Origin: Gammaproteobacteria bacterium | GTDB lineage: Bacteria; Pseudomonadota; Gammaproteobacteria; Eutrophobiales; Eutrophobiaceae | Assembly: GCA_965116495.1 (NCBI GenBank) | Contig: OZ220696.1 | Span: forward strand, 1,664,001-1,728,000 | Length of the DNA stretch: 64,000 bases | Direction of reading: 5' to 3' | In this document: one piece after another, positions 1 through 10,256 of the stretch | Layout of the letters: the number at the start of each line of letters is the position of its first letter | Position numbering within the stretch: the stretch's first letter is position 1 | Notes under the pieces: model-generated | Seen by the model: only the letters and a program-made list of their open reading frames with translations | The model's database searches: none | What the model was told of the DNA's origin: nothing | Program-made: the position numbers and the translations under genes

Positions 1-103
1 CAATCAGGGCTTGATAAATCATCCGCAGCGGCGAAAACAGCTATTGGAAAAAGAAAAAGTAAGCTTACTCTTGCCAGGCCGGACATAATTTTCTTCTATA
101 CAT
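1..103 (-). CDS. N-terminus of a putative exported protein (runs off the window)
   Basis: Manual translation (MYRRKI)MSGLARVSLLFLFPIAVFAAADDLSSPD looks like a signal peptide; ATG at 103 or 86. Confidence 0.4.
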
Positions 104-150
104 AACAACATAAATAATGCCGCATCATGGTTCGTCATTCCCTCTCGTCC

Positions 151-238
151 GTCATTCCCGAGAATGCGGGAATCCAGTAGACAAAACTCCTTATAAGGGA
201 CGTTCGCTCACTGGATTCCCGCATTCGCGGAAACGACG
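151..238. repeat. Inverted pair of REP-like palindromes (family A, GTCATTCC..GGAATCCAG)
   Basis: gtcattcccgagaatgcgggaatccag (151-177) and ctggattcccgcattcgcggaaacgacg (211-238). Confidence 0.8.
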
Positions 239-265
239 AACGTGGCGTGATTTATGACGTTACAT

Positions 266-2713
266 TTAATAACTGAAACTTGTCCTAACGTAAACGAAAC
301 GGCCATTAACGCCAATAGGCGAAAGCACATCATACGGCAGGTTGCCGAAATAGCTGATGTCGAATATCGATAAGTCAGGATACTCATCAAGGAGGTTATT
401 TGCCCCTGCCGAAATACGCCAGTTATCGTTGATTGCATATTCAACATCGGCATCGACAGACCATTCAGCGCCATAGACCTGCTGCGGCTCAAAACCGCCG
501 CCAAAATCAAATATCCGTTCCGTTTCGCCGAAACGCGTCGCTCTCACCAGGGCGGAAATGGTTTCGTTGGACCATGATCCGGTGAGAATCAGCTTATCTT
601 CCGGCGCTGCCGTCTCGTAGGTGTTCTGCTCTTCGATACCCATAATCACCCGGTTCGGATTATTGACGATATCAGTATCGGTGTTGTTATACGCAACCGA
701 GAGATTCCAGCCCTCGTGCCGGTAGGCTGCAACCACGTCAAAGCCGGTGGTTTCCGTATCTGCAACATTGGTAAAAAACCGGACTCCGCCAACACCGGGC
801 ACACCGCCTACAGGTATATTCTGGGACAGTGCAATCCGATCATCGATATCCACTTCGAAGTAATCAAAGGTCAGACTGAGACCGTTCTCATGGGACCAGG
901 TAAAACCGATGCTTTTACTCAGTGATTCTTCAGCATCAAGAGCCTCAGCCCCGTTCTCCCGGGCAATCGGATGGGTCACGGGCAGGCTCAACGTTCTTAC
1001 CAGCGCGCCGCCGGTACCGTAACTGGTCGTCGTGCCGGTAAAAAAAGCCTGTGCCAGAGAAGGCGCCCTGAACCCGGTGCTGACACTTGCGCGCACGGCA
1101 AAGCCCGGGAACAGCTCATACCGGGCCGCAGCCTTACCGTTAACCGTATCGCCGAAATCATCGTAATCTTCAAACCTGCCCGCCACTGAGAACAGCAGGT
1201 CATCAGTAATATCAAACTCCAGGTCGATATAGGCCGACCAGGAAAACCGGTCATCATCGACTTCATCAGCCGGCGTCAATCCCGGACCGCTCTGTGCGCC
1301 GATCTTGGCCGTATCGCTGTTACCGAAGGTGATACAGACCGCACAAGCTACGGCGTTCCCTGCGATATAGGATTCCGGGTCACCTGGCTTTGTGCTGTAA
1401 TCCTCAAACCGAAACTCCAGGCCTGTAGCGGCATTTACCGGTATGGCGCCGAGTTCCATCCCCCTGGAAACATCAAAATTCAGCACAGTCTGCGAATATT
1501 CATACTCGCCCCGGTAAAATTCGGTCGGGCTCGCCTCGCCCAGCGATGAGTTGATAGTGTTCTTTACACCGTCGGAAAACTCGTTGAAACCGTGTACTAC
1601 GCTCGCATCGACCAGCCAGCCGCCGGACAACTCGCCGGTGATACCGCCGGCTACGGAGAAGTCAGTGATATCTGCATCACTTATCGGCAAAAACCCGTTG
1701 GGATATACTGAAGCTACCGTATTCGCGCTGACCGGATAACGAAAGAAGTTGTAGCCCTCTCCGTCACGCTCCGAGTAACTGCCGAAACTGTATAGCTCGA
1801 AGCCTGGACTCAAATCAAAACCGGCGTTATACATCAGGTTTATATCACTTGATTCACCATCGCCTTCCCGATAGTTTCGCATGCCTGCCAGGGCATCATT
1901 CGGGGCGGCCTCCGGTGTCCCGCTGGAAGGGATCGGCGCGATGAATTCCGCAAACCCAATCGTCGGCAACTGGTCGAAACTTGACCGGTTGGTCGATGAT
2001 CTGTCACGGTATTCCGCACTGAGGTTAAGGAAGCCGTTGGCAAAAGAAAACCCGTGGTTCGCACTGACGGTCACCGTTTCTCCGTCCGTGATATTCTTGT
2101 CGACCGGTTTCAGGTCAGTGATGTGGCCCCCATACGAAACCGAGATATCGCCCCCTTCGGTATTGTCTTTGAGGACGATGTTAATGACACCGGCAATGGC
2201 ATCCGAACCGTACTGGGCTGCCGCGCCATCCCGTAATACCTCGATGCGCTCAATCGCACTGGTGGGGATATTATTGAAATCCACTGCCGCACTGCCCCTG
2301 CCTACCTTCGATTCGGTACTGATGACCGAATTGGCATGGCGTCGCTTCCCATTGACCAGGACCAGCACCTGGTCCGGACTCAAACCCCTTAATTGCGCCG
2401 ACCTGACGATATCGGTATGGCCGGAGTTGGATTGGCGCGGCATGCTGAAAGAGGCAACGGCAGCCTGTAACAAGCCACCCAGTTCTCCGGCAATATTAGG
2501 CGACCTGACCAGGTCATCCGCGGTAATGATATCGACCGGGACCAGGCTGTCTTCAACGGAGCGGGCTTGAGAACGGGTGCCGATAGTAACGATTTCTTCA
2601 AGCTCGTGTTCTGCAGCAGGCCGGGATTCCTGTGCAACCAACTGAAATGTATGGATATTCAGTGATAATAAAGTGATAACGGGAAGCGTTATCAGGCTAT
2701 TCAATAATTTCAT
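266..2713 (-). CDS. TonB-dependent outer membrane receptor
   Basis: Signal peptide, EEIVTIGTR TonB-box region, plug motifs LRGLSPDQVLVLVNGKRRH and IERIEVLRDGAAAQYGSDAIAGVINIVLK, C-terminal aromatic residue; ATG 2713 follows AGGAG (alternative start 2722). Confidence 0.93.
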   Translation of the reverse strand: MKLLNSLITLPVITLLSLNIHTFQLVAQESRPAAEHELEEIVTIGTRSQARSVEDSLVPVDIITADDLVRSPNIAGELGGLLQAAVASFSMPRQSNSGHTDIVRSAQLRGLSPDQVLVLVNGKRRHANSVISTESKVGRGSAAVDFNNIPTSAIERIEVLRDGAAAQYGSDAIAGVINIVLKDNTEGGDISVSYGGHITDLKPVDKNITDGETVTVSANHGFSFANGFLNLSAEYRDRSSTNRSSFDQLPTIGFAEFIAPIPSSGTPEAAPNDALAGMRNYREGDGESSDINLMYNAGFDLSPGFELYSFGSYSERDGEGYNFFRYPVSANTVASVYPNGFLPISDADITDFSVAGGITGELSGGWLVDASVVHGFNEFSDGVKNTINSSLGEASPTEFYRGEYEYSQTVLNFDVSRGMELGAIPVNAATGLEFRFEDYSTKPGDPESYIAGNAVACAVCITFGNSDTAKIGAQSGPGLTPADEVDDDRFSWSAYIDLEFDITDDLLFSVAGRFEDYDDFGDTVNGKAAARYELFPGFAVRASVSTGFRAPSLAQAFFTGTTTSYGTGGALVRTLSLPVTHPIARENGAEALDAEESLSKSIGFTWSHENGLSLTFDYFEVDIDDRIALSQNIPVGGVPGVGGVRFFTNVADTETTGFDVVAAYRHEGWNLSVAYNNTDTDIVNNPNRVIMGIEEQNTYETAAPEDKLILTGSWSNETISALVRATRFGETERIFDFGGGFEPQQVYGAEWSVDADVEYAINDNWRISAGANNLLDEYPDLSIFDISYFGNLPYDVLSPIGVNGRFVYVRTSFSY

Positions 2714-2893
2714 CTTATTCACTCCTGATAGTTTCCTGGTTAATGCCTGGAGAGAGCAACGTTATCTTGTCGTACATGGAACCGTATTATATACATTTTG
2801 TTCACCTTGTGATATGCCGGGTCAAGCCCGGCATGGCCGCGGGAGGTTATACTGGTCTGACCCGGGAAGTATTTATTTGCTATACTGTCGGAC

Positions 2894-3892
2894 ATGAAGC
2901 ACGAAGACATATTAGTGGATAATTTCGGCCGAACGGTGGACTATGTCCGTATCTCGGTAACGGATCGTTGTGACTTCCGTTGCGTGTACTGTATGGACGA
3001 AGAGATGCAGTTCGTTCCCCGGGCCAGGTTGCTGTCCCTGGAAGAAATTTCGGTCATCGCCCGGGCGTTTACCGAGCTGGGGGTCAGCAAGATACGCATT
3101 ACCGGCGGCGAACCGTTGATCAGGCGGAATATCACCAAGTTGTTCTATGATATCGGTGAGCTGGAAGGCTTGCAGGAACTGACTCTCACCACCAACGGTT
3201 CGCAATTACCGAACCTGGCAGTCGAACTGAGAGAAGCCGGGGTGAAACGCATCAACATCAGCCTGGACTCGCTCGACCCGGATAAATTCAGACGCCTGAC
3301 CCGCATCGGTGAACTGGACAAGGTGCTCGCCGGGATAGACGCGGCTGAGGCAGCCGGGTTTGAAAAAATCAAGATCAACTCCGTCATTCTTAAAAACCGC
3401 AACGATGATGAAGTACTGGACCTGGTCGGGTTTGCCGCGGCGCGCGGTATGGATATCAGTTTCATCGAAGAAATGCCCCTGGGCGTGATTGGCGACCATG
3501 ACCGTGCCGAGGCCTATTATTCGAGTGACGAGATCAGGGTCGACCTGGAACAACGCTATACCCTGTTGCCGACTACCGAGACGACCGGCGGTCCGTCGCG
3601 CTATTACAGGATAATCGAAACCAATACCCGAGTGGGCTTCATCTCGCCCCACAGCCATAACTTCTGCGATAGTTGCAACCGCGTCAGGCTCACCTGCGAG
3701 GGACGGCTGCTGCTCTGTCTCGGCCAGGAACACTCCGTGGACCTACGCCAGGTCATCAGGACCCACCCCGGCGACATGGACAGGTTAAAACAGGCATTGC
3801 GCGCATCCATGGACATCAAACCCAAGGGACATGAATTCGATCTCTCAATCAAACCTGTCATTTTCCGTCATATGAATATGACGGGAGGTTAA
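2894..3892 (+). CDS. moaA: GTP 3',8-cyclase
   Basis: Radical SAM motif CDFRCVYC, C-terminal FCDSCNRVRLT..LLLCL cluster, ends NMTGG. Confidence 0.96.
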   Translation: MKHEDILVDNFGRTVDYVRISVTDRCDFRCVYCMDEEMQFVPRARLLSLEEISVIARAFTELGVSKIRITGGEPLIRRNITKLFYDIGELEGLQELTLTTNGSQLPNLAVELREAGVKRINISLDSLDPDKFRRLTRIGELDKVLAGIDAAEAAGFEKIKINSVILKNRNDDEVLDLVGFAAARGMDISFIEEMPLGVIGDHDRAEAYYSSDEIRVDLEQRYTLLPTTETTGGPSRYYRIIETNTRVGFISPHSHNFCDSCNRVRLTCEGRLLLCLGQEHSVDLRQVIRTHPGDMDRLKQALRASMDIKPKGHEFDLSIKPVIFRHMNMTGG

Positions 3893-4756
3893 ATGCCTTC
3901 CGCATCATATCGGCCGGCGATGTCCAGGGCCGGCATCGATCCTACCATTGCCGTCGAGGCGGTTGACGAGTTCCGGAATACCCGGGAAATGTATATCGCC
4001 GACGAACGGCCCCTGACCATCTACGTTGACAGCTACGAGATCGTCACCCTGATGACACTGGGGAAAACCCCGGAATTGCTGACCCTGGGCTACCTGAAGA
4101 ACCAGGGTATCGTAGAGGACATCAGCGAAATCCGATCAGTACAGGTCGATTGGGAGGTGAATGCCGCGGCTGTGACGACCTGGTCGGAAAGAGACGACTG
4201 GAAAGAGCGGCTGGGCCCGAGGATTGTGACGACGGGTTGCGGCCAGGGGACGGTTTACGGCAATATCCTGGAACAGCTCGACCAGATAGAATTACCCGTC
4301 ACGCGCCTGCGGCAATCGGACGTCTATGCCCTGTTAAAAAACCTGGCGCATCATAACGACGTTTACAAAAGCGCCGGCGCCGTGCATGGCTGCGCTTTAT
4401 GCACCGGCACGGAAGTAGCCATTTTCATCGAGGACGTGGGCCGCCACAACGCGGTGGACGCCATCGCCGGGCAAATGTGGATAGAAGGCATACCCGGCCA
4501 TGACAAGTTGTTCTATACCACGGGCCGCCTGACGTCTGAAATGGTGATGAAAGTGGCGCAGATGGGTATCCCTGCCCTGTTGTCCCGTTCGGGGATTACC
4601 CAGATGGGGCTCAAGCTCGCTATGGATTTTGGCGTTATCCTGTTCTCCCGGGCCCAGGGGAAACATTTCCTCGTCTATAACGGCGCCGAGCACATTGATT
4701 TTGACGTGTCCCTGCCGCCGAAGCGCGCAGTTGCAAACCTGAAAAGTGCCGGCTGA
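3893..4756 (+). CDS. fdhD: Formate dehydrogenase accessory sulfurtransferase
   Basis: TTGCGQG, GAVHGCAL, EDVGRHNAVD, TTGRLTSEMV motifs. Confidence 0.92.
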   Translation: MPSASYRPAMSRAGIDPTIAVEAVDEFRNTREMYIADERPLTIYVDSYEIVTLMTLGKTPELLTLGYLKNQGIVEDISEIRSVQVDWEVNAAAVTTWSERDDWKERLGPRIVTTGCGQGTVYGNILEQLDQIELPVTRLRQSDVYALLKNLAHHNDVYKSAGAVHGCALCTGTEVAIFIEDVGRHNAVDAIAGQMWIEGIPGHDKLFYTTGRLTSEMVMKVAQMGIPALLSRSGITQMGLKLAMDFGVILFSRAQGKHFLVYNGAEHIDFDVSLPPKRAVANLKSAG

Positions 4757-5369
4757 ATACTCTGCGGGTCACAAGGTGCCGAAAACCGAGATTACCGGCG
4801 TTATCCTGGCCGGAGGCGAAGCAAGACGCATGGGCGGCGGTGACAAAGGCCTGGTGGAGTTGTGCGGCAAGCCCTTGGTCGAACACGCGCTGGCCGCTTT
4901 ATCCCCCCAGGTTAATGCAATTATCATCAATGCAAACCGCAACCATGACCGCTATGGCGCTTATGGCTACCCCGTCATAGCGGATAACAGGCAAGGTTTT
5001 CAAGGTCCCCTGGCCGGCATGTTGAGCTGCCTTGGAGCAACAAAGACGGAGTTCATGGTTTCGGCTCCCTGCGATTCGCCGTTGCTTCCGGATGACCTGG
5101 TGGCCCGCTTGTTCAGACAATTGAGCGATGATGAGGCGGAAATCAGCGTTGCCCATAACGGTGACAGAATTCAGCCGGTGTTTACGCTCATGCCGGTCTC
5201 CCTGGCCCCCTCCATGCGGGCATTTCTCGATGGCGGCGGTCGCAAGATAGACCGCTGGTTCGAGCAACACAGGCTGGCAGTGACCGATTTTTCCGACAAA
5301 CCGGAGTGCTTCAGGAATATCAACAACCCGGCTGAACTGGCGCAGATGGAGGCGCAGTTGGATGACTGA
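4746..5369 (+). CDS. mobA: Molybdenum cofactor guanylyltransferase
   Basis: GVILAGGEARRMGGGDKGL, GPLAG, PCDSP, FRNINNP; start may be GTG 4776. Confidence 0.95.
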   Translation: MPAEYSAGHKVPKTEITGVILAGGEARRMGGGDKGLVELCGKPLVEHALAALSPQVNAIIINANRNHDRYGAYGYPVIADNRQGFQGPLAGMLSCLGATKTEFMVSAPCDSPLLPDDLVARLFRQLSDDEAEISVAHNGDRIQPVFTLMPVSLAPSMRAFLDGGGRKIDRWFEQHRLAVTDFSDKPECFRNINNPAELAQMEAQLDD

Positions 5370-5901
5370 AATTCCGGATATTCCTTTAATCGGCTTCGCT
5401 GCCTACAGCGGCACCGGAAAAACAACCCTGCTGGTCAACCTGCTGGGTATTTTTATCTCCCGAAACCTGCGCGTGGGCGTCATCAAACATGCCCACCACA
5501 CTTTCGAGATCGATTACCCGGGGAAGGACAGTTATGAACTCCGCAAGGCCGGCGCCAGCCAGGTATTGATCGGATCGCGCAAGCGCTGGGCGCTGCTGGT
5601 CGAAAACCGGGGCGAGGATGATAAACCACTGGAATACCACATCAGGAACCTGGACCTGGAAAACCTGGACCTGATCCTGGTGGAAGGGTTCAAGCCCGAA
5701 GCCATCCCGAAGATTGAGTTGCATCGTCCGACCCTGGGACATCATTTCCTGTACCCGGGTGATGAGAGTATCATAGCTGTTGCGACTGACGCAGAGTTAT
5801 CCGTCGATATGGGATTGCCGATTCTGGACTTGAATGACCCACAGCAGATCGCGCATTTTATTATTGACCGTTACAATTTGGAAGAAAGGGGACAGGTTTG
5901 A
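5362..5901 (+). CDS. mobB: Molybdopterin-guanine dinucleotide biosynthesis protein B
   Basis: P-loop SGTGKTTL, IKHAHH..GKDS, LVEGFK. Confidence 0.94.
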   Translation: MTEIPDIPLIGFAAYSGTGKTTLLVNLLGIFISRNLRVGVIKHAHHTFEIDYPGKDSYELRKAGASQVLIGSRKRWALLVENRGEDDKPLEYHIRNLDLENLDLILVEGFKPEAIPKIELHRPTLGHHFLYPGDESIIAVATDAELSVDMGLPILDLNDPQQIAHFIIDRYNLEERGQV

Positions 5902-6021
5902 ACATCGTGAACACCGGGGACAGACCCTTGCTTACAACATGCAGGGGCAAGCTTAAATCTGTTGGGCGCCGGGGACAGACCCCTGCTTACAACATGTAGG
6001 GGCATGCTTAAATCTGTCCCC
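5888..6021. repeat. Cluster of GGGGACAG/CTGTCCCC REP-like elements (family C) with an internal near-tandem duplication
   Basis: ccggggacagaccc(t/c)tgcttacaacatg(c/t)aggggca(a/t)gcttaaatctgt occurs twice; related palindromes at 14112-14135, 24610-24650, 48266-48289. Confidence 0.7.
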
Positions 6022-6042
6022 ACTGATATCATTATTGACACA

Positions 6043-7302
6043 ATGAAGATTGAAAAAGACCCAAGTTGCAGGGATGACTTTGACCCGAAGTCGCTATCGG
6101 CTGATGCCGCCCTGGGACAGATAAAGTCCGGGGCCGTGCGTATCAAGGGGATTGAAAAGATTGCAATTCGGGCGGCGCTGAACCGGATACTGGCCGAAGA
6201 CATCCGTTCCCACATCAACGTGCCCACCGGCACCAACTCCGCCATGGACGGTTATGCAGTCAACAGCGGGGATATTCCTGCCGGCGGCAGTGCCGAGTTG
6301 AGTGTGCTGGGTACGGCCTGGGCAGGCCAGCCCTTCGACGGCAAGCTGACCGCCGGGAGCTGCGTACGCATCATGACCGGGGCAATCATGCCGGACGGCG
6401 CCGATACTGTGATTATCCAGGAAGACGTGCAGGTCACCGGTTCCGGCATAATCATCGACGACGCCACCAGGAAAGGCGATAACGTGCGCCAGGCAGGCGA
6501 AGACATTGCCGCAGGCGACCTTATCCTGACCAGGGGGCGGCGCCTGAACCCTGCAGATATCGGCCTGATTGCCTCCCTGGGCATTGCCGAGGTGTGCGTG
6601 GTACGGCGCTTGCGGGTGGCGTTCTTTTCAACGGGAGATGAGTTGCGTTCCATCGGGGAAACCCTGAGTGACGGCGCGATTTATGACAGCAACCGCTACA
6701 CTTTGTACGGCATGCTGGAACGGATGGGCGCTGATATCATCGACATGGGCGTCATAAAAGATGACCGGGACGACCTGGAAGAGGCTTTCTCCATCGCAGC
6801 CGCCAATGCCGACGTCCTGATTACTTCGGGCGGCGTATCCGTGGGCGAGGCGGATTACATCAAGGAAATACTGGCCAAACTGGGGAAAGTCGACTTCTGG
6901 AAGGTAGCCATCAAACCCGGCCGGCCGCTTGCATTCGGCCAGGTAGGCAATGCCGTCTTTTTCGGACTGCCGGGCAATCCCGTTTCCGTGATGGTCACCT
7001 TTTACGAATTCGTTCAGCCGGCGTTGCGGAAAATGATCGGAGAAGACGACGCGGGGATTTTGTCCTTGCGGGCACGCTGCGATTCCGGGCTGAAAAAGCG
7101 CCCGGGCAGGGTTGAATACCAGCGCGGCATCCTGCAAAAAGACCAGGACGGCAACCTCGTGGTGGTGAAGACCGGCGCCCAGGGTTCCGGCATCCTGCGG
7201 TCAATGTCCCAGGCAAACTGTTTCATCATCCTCCCCATTGACTCAGCCGGCGTGGAACCGGGAGCTTTTGTCGATATACAACCTTTCTCCGGGCTTGTTT
7301 GA
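6043..7302 (+). CDS. moeA: Molybdopterin molybdotransferase
   Basis: SAMDGYA, RIMTGA, STGDEL, DSNR, TSGGVSVGEAD, GLPGNPVS; ATG 6043 chosen because the upstream frame is repeat DNA. Confidence 0.95.
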   Translation: MKIEKDPSCRDDFDPKSLSADAALGQIKSGAVRIKGIEKIAIRAALNRILAEDIRSHINVPTGTNSAMDGYAVNSGDIPAGGSAELSVLGTAWAGQPFDGKLTAGSCVRIMTGAIMPDGADTVIIQEDVQVTGSGIIIDDATRKGDNVRQAGEDIAAGDLILTRGRRLNPADIGLIASLGIAEVCVVRRLRVAFFSTGDELRSIGETLSDGAIYDSNRYTLYGMLERMGADIIDMGVIKDDRDDLEEAFSIAAANADVLITSGGVSVGEADYIKEILAKLGKVDFWKVAIKPGRPLAFGQVGNAVFFGLPGNPVSVMVTFYEFVQPALRKMIGEDDAGILSLRARCDSGLKKRPGRVEYQRGILQKDQDGNLVVVKTGAQGSGILRSMSQANCFIILPIDSAGVEPGAFVDIQPFSGLV

Positions 7303-7480
7303 AATCTGTCGCTGACGCGATTGTCCGTTTCACTGGATTCCGGATCAAACCCGGAATGGTTTACATTCTCAATAGCCATTCCTGCGAAAGCAGAGTAGTG
7401 GCACAAGGATGTGCCGCCAACGAAGCATACGACGCAAATCCAGCAATCTTACAGGCCTCCTCAGGCGGCATATTATTGTT

Positions 7481-8410
7481 TTACAACTCAATATGCATGC
7501 CGTCGTAAGATACTTCCCAACCGGCATCTTCAACTATTCTGCGCTCTCTACTGTTGGCAAACAGTATAGGGTTGGTCGTATTGATGTGGATAAATATCTT
7601 CCTGCCAATACCCAGGTCTTTCAGGGCGGCGAGTGTGCCGTCCTTTCCCGAGACGCTGATATGTCCCATTCGCTGACCTGTTTTTATCCCCACGCCGTCG
7701 CGGATCATCTCATCATCCACCCATAAAGTGCCGTCAAAGAAAATCAGGTCGGCACCGGAAATCCTCTCGGCCAGTTCCGGCGTCACCCGCGCGCAGGCCG
7801 GCATGTAATAAAAAGACTTCCCGTTGTTTTTGTCTTCCACATACAGGGCAATGGTATCCTCATCCACGGAACCGAAGTCCTTTCCCTTGCTCTCATCTTC
7901 AAGCCACAGCGCCACCTTGCCCGGCACGGCGAATGGGGTCACTTCCACACCCATGGCACTGCCGTCCGGTTTCAATAACTCCAGGGGTTCGTTCAGCGCC
8001 ATAGCCTCGCGGCTGACGAATTTCGGGTTCAGCACATTGAATATCGTATTGGCATGGAGCACACCCAGCACTCTTTGGGTGGCATAGATCCGCAGGGGTT
8101 GTGACTCACGTAAATTCAACAACCCCGCCACGTGGTCCACGTCGGCATTGGTCAATATTACACCCATGATCGGACTGTGGCGCAGGTCTTTTTTCGGATG
8201 CAGGATATCATTGTCGTTGATTTGCTGGCGCAGGTCCGGGGAAGCATTGAACAGGTACCAGTCCTCCCCATCGGCGCTGATCGCGATGGACGACTGGGTG
8301 CGCTGCGGGGCTGCCGGGTCATCCTGCCTGGCGCGCCTGCTGTTCGGATGGTTACAATTCCACTGTGGATAGCCGCCGCCGGCGGCGGCACCCAATACCC
8401 TGATATACAT
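7481..8410 (-). CDS. pqqB: Coenzyme PQQ synthesis protein B
   Basis: LGAAAGGGYPQWNCN, RTQSSIA, NASPD, FFDGTLW, MGH, IHINTTNP. Confidence 0.96.
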   Translation of the reverse strand: MYIRVLGAAAGGGYPQWNCNHPNSRRARQDDPAAPQRTQSSIAISADGEDWYLFNASPDLRQQINDNDILHPKKDLRHSPIMGVILTNADVDHVAGLLNLRESQPLRIYATQRVLGVLHANTIFNVLNPKFVSREAMALNEPLELLKPDGSAMGVEVTPFAVPGKVALWLEDESKGKDFGSVDEDTIALYVEDKNNGKSFYYMPACARVTPELAERISGADLIFFDGTLWVDDEMIRDGVGIKTGQRMGHISVSGKDGTLAALKDLGIGRKIFIHINTTNPILFANSRERRIVEDAGWEVSYDGMHIEL

Positions 8411-8433
8411 TATTATCTGGACTCCTCAATTGG

Positions 8434-8524
8434 TTAATATTTGGGATCAGAGTAAAAATAGCCAACCATGAATTTGCACATCCGACCAAGAGAACCGTAT
8501 TTTTACTCTGACCCCGAATATTAA
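8434..8524. repeat. MITE/REP-like element with about 27-bp terminal inverted repeats (family B)
   Basis: ttaatatttgggatcagagtaaaaata ... tatttttactctgaccccgaatattaa; other copies at 9774-9809 and 62465-62548. Confidence 0.8.
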
Positions 8525-8964
8525 GATGAATAACCTGAGGTATTCCGGTCAACCCAGCGTTCCCCGCTCTTGACCGCTTCCTTTTTCCAGAACGGCGCCC
8601 TGTGTTTCAAGTCCTCGATGATGAAACGGGTCGCGTCAATTGCATCGCCGCGATGGGCCGCCCAGGTCGCTACCAGTACGATATCTTCGCCTACTTCGAT
8701 GTCCCCGGTGCGATGCAGGAGCAGGATATCGTGTACCGCCCACTGGTTTTCCGCCTGCTCGCAGATCTCTTCCAGGTGCTTTTCCGTCATGCCCGGATAA
8801 TGCTCCAGGGTCATGTTGCGGACTTCCTCACCTTCGTTGAAGTCCCGCATGGTGCCGATGAAGATACTGGTAGCGCCGGATTTGCCGGGATTGCCGCCGG
8901 CCGCGCGGTAATCCCTGACTTCTGCCACAGCATCGAAGGGCGCCGGCCTCAATTCAACCTGCAT
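8521..8964 (-). CDS. moaE: Molybdopterin synthase catalytic subunit
   Basis: FIGTMRD, LEHYPGM, HRTG, AAHRGDA, LKHRAPFWKKE; ATG 8964 follows GGAGG. Confidence 0.95.
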   Translation of the reverse strand: MQVELRPAPFDAVAEVRDYRAAGGNPGKSGATSIFIGTMRDFNEGEEVRNMTLEHYPGMTEKHLEEICEQAENQWAVHDILLLHRTGDIEVGEDIVLVATWAAHRGDAIDATRFIIEDLKHRAPFWKKEAVKSGERWVDRNTSGYSS

Positions 8965-8974
8965 GGCGACGCGT

Positions 8975-9208
8975 CTATCCTCCGGTAACAGGAGGAAAGA
9001 AGGCGACTTCATCCCCCTCCTTGAGTTCGGGGTCGCCCTTTACATGTTCCATGTTGACGGCCACCAACATCGCTGCGGGCATTGCATCATCACCGCTGGC
9101 CCGGTTCCAGACGTCCGAAACCCTGAGGCCGGGCCTGAAGTCCACCTGGTCCTCGGCGCGCCCCATTTCCTCACGGATGCGGGCAAAAAACTTTATTTTT
9201 ATTGACAT
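8975..9208 (-). CDS. moaD: Molybdopterin synthase sulfur carrier subunit
   Basis: FFARIRE, AVN, EVAFFPPVTGG C-terminal di-Gly. Confidence 0.95.
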   Translation of the reverse strand: MSIKIKFFARIREEMGRAEDQVDFRPGLRVSDVWNRASGDDAMPAAMLVAVNMEHVKGDPELKEGDEVAFFPPVTGG

Positions 9209-9283
9209 CGTATGCCGTTCTGAGTATCAACCTGATAATGTATGACGTATTATAAACCCATAAGAGACCAGAGATAACCATTT

Positions 9284-9757
9284 ATGTCGGAATTAACCCA
9301 TTTCAATGAGACCGGGGAGGCGCAGATGGTTGACATCGGCGCCAAGGATGCGACTCATCGCATCGCCGTGGCGGAAGGGACAATCCGCATGCAGGACAGG
9401 ACACTGACGCTGATCATGGAGGGGGGGCATAAGAAGGGGGATGTATTGGGGATCGCCCGGGTAGCCGGCATCATGGCGGCAAAAAAAACCGCGGAACTTA
9501 TTCCGCTGTGCCATCCCCTGGCCATCAGTCACATCGACATAAGTCTTGAGCCCAGACCCGACGAGAGCGCCGTATACTGCCGGGCACGGGTCGAGACTAT
9601 CAGTTCGACCGGGGTTGAAATGGAGGCGTTGAACGCCGTGCAGGTAACCCTGCTGACAATCTATGACATGTGTAAGGCCGTTGACCGGGGCATGAGCATG
9701 GAATGGGTCAGACTCCTGAAAAAATCAGGAGGGAAATCCGGGGAGTGGGTCAGGTAG
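9284..9757 (+). CDS. moaC: Cyclic pyranopterin monophosphate synthase
   Basis: [44 protein letters not shown]. Confidence 0.97.
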   Translation: MSELTHFNETGEAQMVDIGAKDATHRIAVAEGTIRMQDRTLTLIMEGGHKKGDVLGIARVAGIMAAKKTAELIPLCHPLAISHIDISLEPRPDESAVYCRARVETISSTGVEMEALNAVQVTLLTIYDMCKAVDRGMSMEWVRLLKKSGGKSGEWVR

Positions 9758-9773
9758 AGCAAAAGATACCTGA

Positions 9774-9809
9774 GGTCAGAGTAAAATATCATCATATTTT
9801 ACTCTGACC
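9774..9809. repeat. Short family B palindrome between convergent genes
   Basis: ggtcagagtaaaatat / atattttactctgacc. Confidence 0.7.
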
Positions 9810-9823
9810 CCAATATCATAGTC

Positions 9824-10213
9824 CTAACTGTACTTAATGTACTTGAAGCGCTGATCGTCCGGCGTGCCTTCCAGGGCGCTGTCTTCCTCCACCCCCGGTT
9901 GCCACATCACCACTTCCTCTATCTTCTTTGCCAGTTCGAAGTCCTTGTCGGTCACCCCTTTTGCCGCGTGGTTGACTAACTTGACGATGACAAACGCGTA
10001 ACTTGCCGTCAGGTCGGGGTGATGCCAGGCCGCCTCGGCCAGGTGGCCGACCGTATTGATCACCATCAGCGTGCCTTTCCAGCCACTGGTCTTGTACCTG
10101 CGCCGGATCCAACCATCCTCGTAGTACCAGTTCGGTAATTCATCCTTGAGCCGCTGTTCAATCTCGTCTACCTCGTAGGTGGTATCTTTCGTGTCTTTAC
10201 GCCACTTTGCCAT
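9824..10213 (-). CDS. pcbD: Pterin-4-alpha-carbinolamine dehydratase (methylotroph pcbD type)
   Basis: AEAAWHHPDL, H..KGVTDKDFELAKKIE, C-terminal LEGTPDD extension. Confidence 0.88.
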   Translation of the reverse strand: MAKWRKDTKDTTYEVDEIEQRLKDELPNWYYEDGWIRRRYKTSGWKGTLMVINTVGHLAEAAWHHPDLTASYAFVIVKLVNHAAKGVTDKDFELAKKIEEVVMWQPGVEEDSALEGTPDDQRFKYIKYS

Positions 10214-10256
10214 AGTATTTCCTCAGTCTGGAAATTTCAGAACCAGTTTATTCATC

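Noticed and set aside
2714-2893. Moco or cobalamin riboswitch between the TonB receptor and moaA
   Set aside because: Only REP-type hairpins seen; no conserved riboswitch core recognised, though an Infernal/Rfam scan would be decisive
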